A DNA stretch of 64,000 nt from Macrostomum lignano (Eukaryota): positions 124,001 to 188,000 of the forward strand of contig NIVC01001713.1 of assembly GCA_002269645.1 (NCBI GenBank). The letters are read 5' to 3'. This document shows, in pieces, positions 57,704-64,000 of the stretch (positions are counted from its first letter, which is position 1; every line of letters starts with the position of its first letter). Below the pieces are notes generated by a model. That model ran no database searches, had not been told where the DNA came from, and saw nothing but the letters and a program-made list of their open reading frames with translations. A program made the translations under genes and the position numbers.

Positions 57704-58614
57704 AACCTCCCTTTTGGGATTTCCCCGAACCGCTTTTGGTTAATATTTATGCACCTGCGGGTTAGACAATATTTACTCTTTAGTCGGTGTGACATTATTT
57801 ACGCGTCTGTTGCACCTGGGCGTTTGCCTATAATCTGATTATACATGCGTGCCTGTATTATACAACTACACCTTATGCATGCCTTGTAAACCTGCTTTAT
57901 ACATTAATCCGATATGTATCGAAAGTTCACTTTGTAAACCTGCTGTGTGTATTTCCACCTATGTAGCGCCTACAGTACCTGCTTTGTCTATTTCTGCCCA
58001 TACACCTACATTGTGTGTTTTTGCTGCTCATATGCTCCAATATGTACATTTTAATATGCAATATGCGTCATTATTCACCTACCAATATGTTTTATCTACA
58101 TTTTTATGTAAATATACTCAATTTCACCTACTATAAGTAGTTTTCACTAGCCTAATATCGTTGACTACATATCGGGAGAGTGGTAGAGTGTACATATCGG
58201 TAGAGTGTACACTCGGGGTGCCTGCGGCTCGGTAGAGTGTACACTCGGGGTGCCTGCGGCATGGGCGTCTGCGGCATGGGCGTCTGCGGCATGGGCGTCT
58301 GCCGCATGGGCGCCTACGGCTCGGGAGGGTGCGCCTGCGGCTCGGGAGGGTGTACATATCGGGGTACATGTCGGTAGGGTGAGCATACATATCGGTAGGT
58401 GCGCCTGCGGCTGGGGAGGGTCGCCGGTGGCTGGGGAGGGTCGCCTGCGGCTGGACGGCGCTTGGCGCCACGCGCCTGCGGCGCGCGCGCGCCGAGCGCC
58501 GATATCGATACGGGTATCGATCACCTAGTGATCGGGGCGCCAGCCAATGAGAGGCGAGGAGGGTTGACACCCACCTCACCTCCAAAATCAAGCCATAAAT
58601 GGGTCCTTAGTAGT
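57704..58614 (-). repeat. Right terminal inverted repeat (911 bp)
   Basis: Reverse complement of 49109-50019. Confidence 0.95.
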
Positions 58615-59410
58615 AACGTTTCCTAGAAAAACAGTTTCTTATATAAACATAGTCCTACAAATAAAGATTCTTAGAAACTTTTCCTAGAAATGCAGTTTCT
58701 TATATAAACACAGTCCTACAAATAAAAAATTCTTAGAAACGTTTCCTAGAAAAGCAGTTTCTTATATAAACATAGTCCTACAAATAAAGATTCTTAGAAA
58801 CTTTTCCTAGAAATGCAGTTTCTTATATAAACACAGTCCTACAAATAAAAAATTCTTAGAAACGTTTCCTAGAAAAGCAGTTTCTTATATAAACATAGTC
58901 CTACAAATAAAGATTCTTAGAAACTTTTCCTAGAAATGCAGTTTCTTATATAAACACAGTCCTACAAAAAAAGATTCTTAGAAACGTTTCCTAGAAATGC
59001 AGTTTCTTATATAAACACAGTCCTACAAATAAAGATTCTTAGAAACGTTTCCTAGAAATGCAGTTTCTTATATAAACATAGTCCTACAAATAAAAAATTC
59101 TTAGAAACGTTTCCTAGAAAAGCAGTTTCTTATATAAACATAGTCCTACAAATAAAGATTCTTAGAAACTTTTCCTAGAAATGCAGTTTCTTATATAAAC
59201 ACAGTCCTACAAATAAAGATTCTTAGAAACGTTTCCTAGAAATGCAGTTTCTTATATATAAACACAGTCCTACAAATAAAGATTTTTACAAACGTTTCTC
59301 AGATATGCAGTTTCTTACAAACACATTCCTACAAACAAAGATTCTTAGAAAGTTTCTTAGAAATACAGTTCATCTCTACAAATAAACATTTTTTGAAACG
59401 TTTCTTAGAC
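58615..59410 (+). repeat. 61-bp AT-rich satellite, right part (~13 units)
   Basis: Direct; resumes at the duplicated AACGTT. Confidence 0.95.
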
Positions 59411-59451
59411 TTAGATATACAGATACAGTCAAATTAAAATGTTCATCTCAC

Positions 59452-59792
59452 CTGTTAACCGACACTCCTCGACGGCGAATTTGGTCGGCCTCCACTCGAG
59501 CTCTTCGCTGAGCCTCAGTTTCCGTGGCCCTACGCTCACTTGTGCGCCGCCGAGCTGCAGTTAGGCGCTCTTCTCGCTGAGCGTCGGTCTCCACGGCACT
59601 CCGCTTAGCCTTTTGCTGTCGGAGTCCAGCCAGGCGCTCTTCGCGCTGAGCGTCGGTCTCCCTGGCCCTTCGTTCAGTCTCCTGCTGCCGGTGTGCAGCC
59701 AGGCGCTCCTCTTGTTGAACAGCGGTCTCTTGCTGACGTTTCTTTTTGGCATCTCTGCTCTTTTTCAAAGCGCTGGTGCCACGTCGAGCCAT
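59452..59792 (-). CDS. First exon of an STPR-repeat protein (four 23-aa repeats; FMBP-1-like or Helitron RepHel N-terminus-like)
   Basis: ETAVQQEERLAAHRQQETERRAR / ETDAQREERLAGLRQQKAKRSAV / ETDAQREERLTAARRRTSERRAT / ETEAQRRARVEAD, with an exact 23-aa period. Donor AACAG|GTGAGA at 59451. No downstream exon found. Confidence 0.6.
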
Positions 59793-60239
59793 TTTAGAAT
59801 TTGGATCGAAAAATATGATAGGAATTGAATTGAAAAATAAGATAAGTAGAATTAGAATGAAAAAGTAAAGATAGTCTGAGTGAGGGGTTGTGTGATAATT
59901 GACAAAGATAAGAAAATAATCATGACAAACATTTTAAACTCAGCGCACCACCGCCACCCCAAAAAGCTGTACACTATTCAGTGTTAATAAATGTACACTA
60001 AACGTAAATTCTCTCCAGCGCCCGCTGCTAATTGGTCAAGCTGCCCTTTAAAGCCAAAATTCTCCTTACAAAACTGCTAATAAAATGGTCAAAGTCAACA
60101 AGCAGCGATAAACAAATAGATGTGCAAATACTCGTGCACATTTTACACTCATCTTTTTTACCACAAAGTTGTTAGCAATGTTGCATTGAAAACTTTCAAT
60201 AAAAATCGCTTATTTATATGAAAGTCGCTCTCTGCAATG

Positions 60240-60865
60240 CAGTCTTGGTCTTGGTAATCCTTGGTTTATTAATAGCAATAATCTTTGGCTTCTTGTAATC
60301 CTTGGTTTATTAATAGCAATAATCCTTGATTAATCAAGTGCATTAATCCTTGGTTTATTAATAGCAATAATCCTTGGCTTATTGAGTGCAGTAATCCTTG
60401 GTCTGCCAAGAGCAATAGTCCTTGATTTAATCCTTGGTTTATTAATAGCAATAATCCTTGGCTTCTTGAGTGCAGTAATCCTTGGTTTGCCAAGAGCAAT
60501 AGTCCTTGGTTTATCGAGTGCAGTAATCCTTGGTTTATTAATAGCAATAATCCTTGGCTTATCGAGTGCAGTAATCCTTGGTTTATTAATAGCAATAATC
60601 CTTTAATAATCCAGTGCATTAATCCTTGGTTTATTAATAGCAATAATCCTTGATTAATCAAGTGCATTAATCCTTGGTTTATTAATAGCAATAATCCTTG
60701 ATTAATCAAGTGCATTAATCCTTGGTTTATTAATAGCAATAATCCTTGGCTTCTTGAGTGCAGTAATCCTTGGTTTGCCAAGAGCAATAGTCCTTGGTTT
60801 ATCGAGTGCAGTAATCCTTGGTTTATTAATAGCAATAATCCTTGGCTTATCGAGTGCAGTAGTCT
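60240..60865 (+). repeat. 24-bp minisatellite AATCCTTGGTTTATTAATAGCAAT and variants
   Basis: Direct. Confidence 0.9.
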
Positions 60866-60929
60866 AAGTGTTTTTATTTAGTCCTTTAATAAAAGCTTTT
60901 AATAAAAAAATTTACACTACTACTTTTAA

Positions 60930-60995
60930 ACTACTTAGATTCGAAGCCAGGTCGCTGCATTAGCAGTCTGGTCTGTTCAGCTCTAGGCTAGCTCT
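60930..60995 (-). mobile_element. Possible tRNA-derived SINE head
   Basis: Minus strand has an A-box-like TAGCCTAGAGCTG and a B-box-like GGCTTCGAATC; not a foldable full tRNA by eye. Confidence 0.3.
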
Positions 60996-61359
60996 CATCG
61001 AAGTTATCAGTGAATTTGTACCACTTATATAATTCAACACTTACACCAAGTCAGGTAGAGTAAAAAGTCACACGAAGCAGTTATGACATAATCAATTTCT
61101 TAGGCAAGTCAGTACCAGTGTCTATGAAAGTTAACAATATGGTTACGTAATATAAATTCAGTACTGCGCTATGCTTTCACACTCAAAGCTGTGACGCAAT
61201 TCAATTGAGTGTCAAATTCAGCCAGTACACAGACGATAAACAAAGTGTATTGTGATGCAATCTATTTCAGAATCAGAATTCAACCAGTCAGTTTTTCTGC
61301 TAGCATTCTTACAATGCATTTCAAGTCGAAGGAGCTGCTTGACCTTTGCAAAAAAGCAT

Positions 61360-61885
61360 GTTTTTCGAATATTTAATCCCTTTAATATTGAGCAATTTCT
61401 TAGCCAAGATGCATGTACCGTCACGGAAAAATTTCTGATCGAACAGTGCAAGTTCGAACAAAATCGGTTGAGCCGTTTTTGCTAAAATCGATCACACACA
61501 TACCGACAGACCATTTTTAGTATATGGACTAGCTAATTAGAGCTGGCTGCCAGCATCCAGAATAATTTTTATTGCCCCCACCCTTTAAGTGGGTCCAGTG
61601 AGTTTTCTTATCAGTTGGCTCTGGCGCAATCAATTAAAATTGACTGTGAAGTTTCTCGCTGATAAAATTTGCATTGAAAAAGGCCATTTAAAACAGTTTT
61701 TCGAATATTTAATCCCTTTAGCATTGAAGCAGATACAAGAAATTTTAACTGTCTTCTTTCCAGACAATTTTGAATGTTTTGGCGAAAACGCGATCAAAAT
61801 CGGTGAAGAATTGCAATCTCTAGAGCGTTATGGACAAGCAAGCATTCAAACATACAAAGCTTAGAGATTTAGTATATTTAGAAGT
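61360..61885 (+). mobile_element. Two related segments resembling 3' ends of non-autonomous Helitron-like elements
   Basis: Both share TTTTTCGAATATTTAATCCCTTTA...AAAATCGGT...TTTAGTATAT (about 61360-61540 and 61695-61885). Family assignment is by resemblance only. Confidence 0.3.
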
Positions 61886-62339
61886 GAAAACGAGTTGCGT
61901 TTTGCGTTTCAAAGTTAACAGTTTGTGTTACATATACCAGCTGTACTGCTACAATACTAAGTGACCGATGTCTTTAGCATACGGTGTGCAGTTGCCAGGA
62001 GCCTCGTAAAAAATTCCTAGTTTCCCGTCCCGGTGTTTGAGTAGTCCCTGGTGAAGGCAAAAAGCATAAGACGTTTGATAAATAGACGTGCGGCAAAGTT
62101 TTTAACTGAGCTTGTTTTTTTAGAAAAAAACACGACATATTTATTGCCTGACACCAGTTTTTAATATTTAGCGAAACTATTTCTGCTAAACGTTTATTTC
62201 TATTTTTAGAAATGTGATTCATACTTGACGTCAGGTTCTTTTTTTAGCAAAACACTTGCTATAATGCCGTGTTTCTATTTTTAGCAACGCGCTGGTGTCA
62301 TAATTCCTGTTTCTATTTTTAGCAACGAGATACATTTCC

Positions 62340-62586
62340 TCAGAACACAGCGCAATCGAAGGGCGTCTTTCTGAGCAGCCGAGTCCAGACCAGCTCGCAC
62401 GCCAGTAGGATCAGGCCAGCGACGTAGAATGCACCAGTGATGATCAGGGCGCCGCCCACGCCTTCCATGTTGATGCTATCAGCCTCTGTTGACATGCCAA
62501 CTGAGCAGGATTGGTCGGGCGCGTCATTCGTGAAGTATTTGGTGAATAGTCGCGAGTTCGCGCCGATTATGTCCAGGTTGCGCAGG
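62340..62586 (-). CDS. Terminal exon of an ionotropic glutamate receptor/IR-like protein (end of S2 plus M4 helix)
   Basis: After acceptor TTAACAG: LRNLDIIGANSRLFTKYF...SC...SINMEGVGGALIITGAFYVAGLILLACELVW...*, matching the iGluR pre-M4 Cys and the GG...E M4 pattern. Upstream exons lie outside the window. Confidence 0.6.
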
Positions 62587-63399
62587 CTGTTAATTCGGGT
62601 GGGGGGGGTAGGAAATCGATTTTAAAGTCTTTTCGATTCTGGAAACAATCTTGTCTTCAGCTTTTCTATATATCTCGAATCATCAACCGGGACACAATTT
62701 TTGAGGAAGTTTGTCGAAATCCTAATGGTAAAAAGGGATACGCTTCTATTTAGATGTAGATAGAGGAATTTTCCTGGTAATCTAGGCCTTCAAAAATTTT
62801 TTTGTGGTACCGCTCGGCCCGTCTCGATTTTCCCTATTATCGCTTATATAAAATCCCTAATCTCGCTTTTACTCTACTGATAGTAGCATAATGTGGCAAG
62901 CGCTCAAATTCTGTCTTTGAAATCATAAGTTAAAAAATGTAATTCAAAACCAATGTTGATTTTTAAAAAGTAGAGATAAAAAATTTCCTTTCTAACTAGT
63001 GAATGGGAGCGCTCTGTTTGAAACTAAATTTATGCCATTCATGCTCCCGGCATCTTAGCAACTTGAAAAGCTTGAACTTTCTTAATTTATTAACTAATCG
63101 CTTAACTCGTGCAGTAAACAGGACTGTTGGGACTTGCTAATTAACCTGGATAGAAACACCCAGAGTTACGTCTCAAGCCATGTGAAATGACACCTGATAC
63201 AAAACAAGTTGTTAAAGTTAAAAAAAGCTGTGTTCTCGTCTGTACGTGGCTAATTGGGACCCAAATTCGTGTAGCTATCAAGTTTGTCTAACCTATTTAA
63301 TTCTATCCAATAAACTTAATCCCATTCTCTGTGTACGATCCCCATTCGCGCGTATCTTCCCATGCATGATGCGACCAACTTAATCCTCATTCACCCAAT

Positions 63400-64000
63400 T
63401 CACTCCTGAGTCACCTAACTCATTCCCCATTCACACAACTCATTCCCCATTCACACAACTCATTCCCCATTCACACAACTCAGTCTCCATTCACACAACT
63501 CAGTCTCCATTCACACAACTCAGTCTCCATTCACACAACTCATTCCCCATTCACACAACTCATTCCGCATTCACAAAACTCAGTCTCCATTCACACAACT
63601 CATTCCCCATTCACCAAACTCACTCCCCATTCACCATACTCAGTCTCTATTCAACCAACTCACTCCCCATTCACACAACTCACTCCTCAGTCACCTAACT
63701 CTTTCCCCATTCACACAACTCAGTCTCCATTCACACAACTCAGTCTCCATTCACACAACTCATTCCCCATTCACACAACTCATTCCCCATTCACACAACT
63801 TTTTCCCCATTCACACAACTCAGTCTTCATTTACACAACTCAGTCTCCATTAACCAAAGTCAGTCTCTATTCACACAACTCACTCCCCATTCACCCAACT
63901 CAGTTCCCATTCACTAAAGTAAGTCTCTATTCACCCAACTCACTCCCCATTCACCAAACTCACTCCCCATTCACCATACTCAGTCTCTATTCACCCAACT
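63400..64000 (+). repeat. 20-bp minisatellite CATTCCCCATTCACACAACT / CAGTCTCCATTCACACAACT
   Basis: Direct; intronic in the iGluR-like gene. Confidence 0.95.

Larger units (their letters stand above)
49109..58614. mobile_element. Minimal Polinton/Maverick-related pPolB element (9,506 bp) lacking integrase, ATPase, protease and capsid genes
   Basis: 911-bp TIRs, 6-bp TSD AACGTT (49103-49108 and 58615-58620), ACTACT...AGTAGT termini, spliced pPolB plus two small genes. Confidence 0.93.

Overview
This is eukaryotic (metazoan) genomic DNA from a repeat-rich, indel-prone assembly with one 486-N gap. The GC-rich polyQ/polyA exons, many minisatellites and neuropeptide genes suggest a flatworm such as Macrostomum (inference). 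Host genes: a C2H2 zinc-finger gene (minus strand, partly present twice), an NPY/NPF-like neuropeptide gene, a CCDC170 homolog, a small amidated-peptide precursor, an STPR-repeat exon and the last exon of an ionotropic glutamate-receptor-like gene. About 18 satellites and several transposon relics (mariner, LINE RT, hAT MITE, a retroposon) lie between them. The main discovery is a complete 9,506-bp element at 49109-58614 with 911-bp terminal inverted repeats and a 6-bp target-site duplication (AACGTT), inserted into a 61-bp satellite. It carries only three genes: a Polinton-type protein-primed DNA polymerase B split by six spliceosomal introns (three of them inside polymerase motifs A, B and C), a tandem PC4-like ssDNA-binding protein, and an orphan acidic protein. 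I found no integrase, packaging ATPase, adenain protease or capsid gene. It therefore looks like a minimal, capsidless, integrase-less, intron-rich replication module, either a satellite or linear-plasmid-like parasite of a Polinton helper or a deletion derivative. All family assignments are by-eye motif recognition; no database searches were run.
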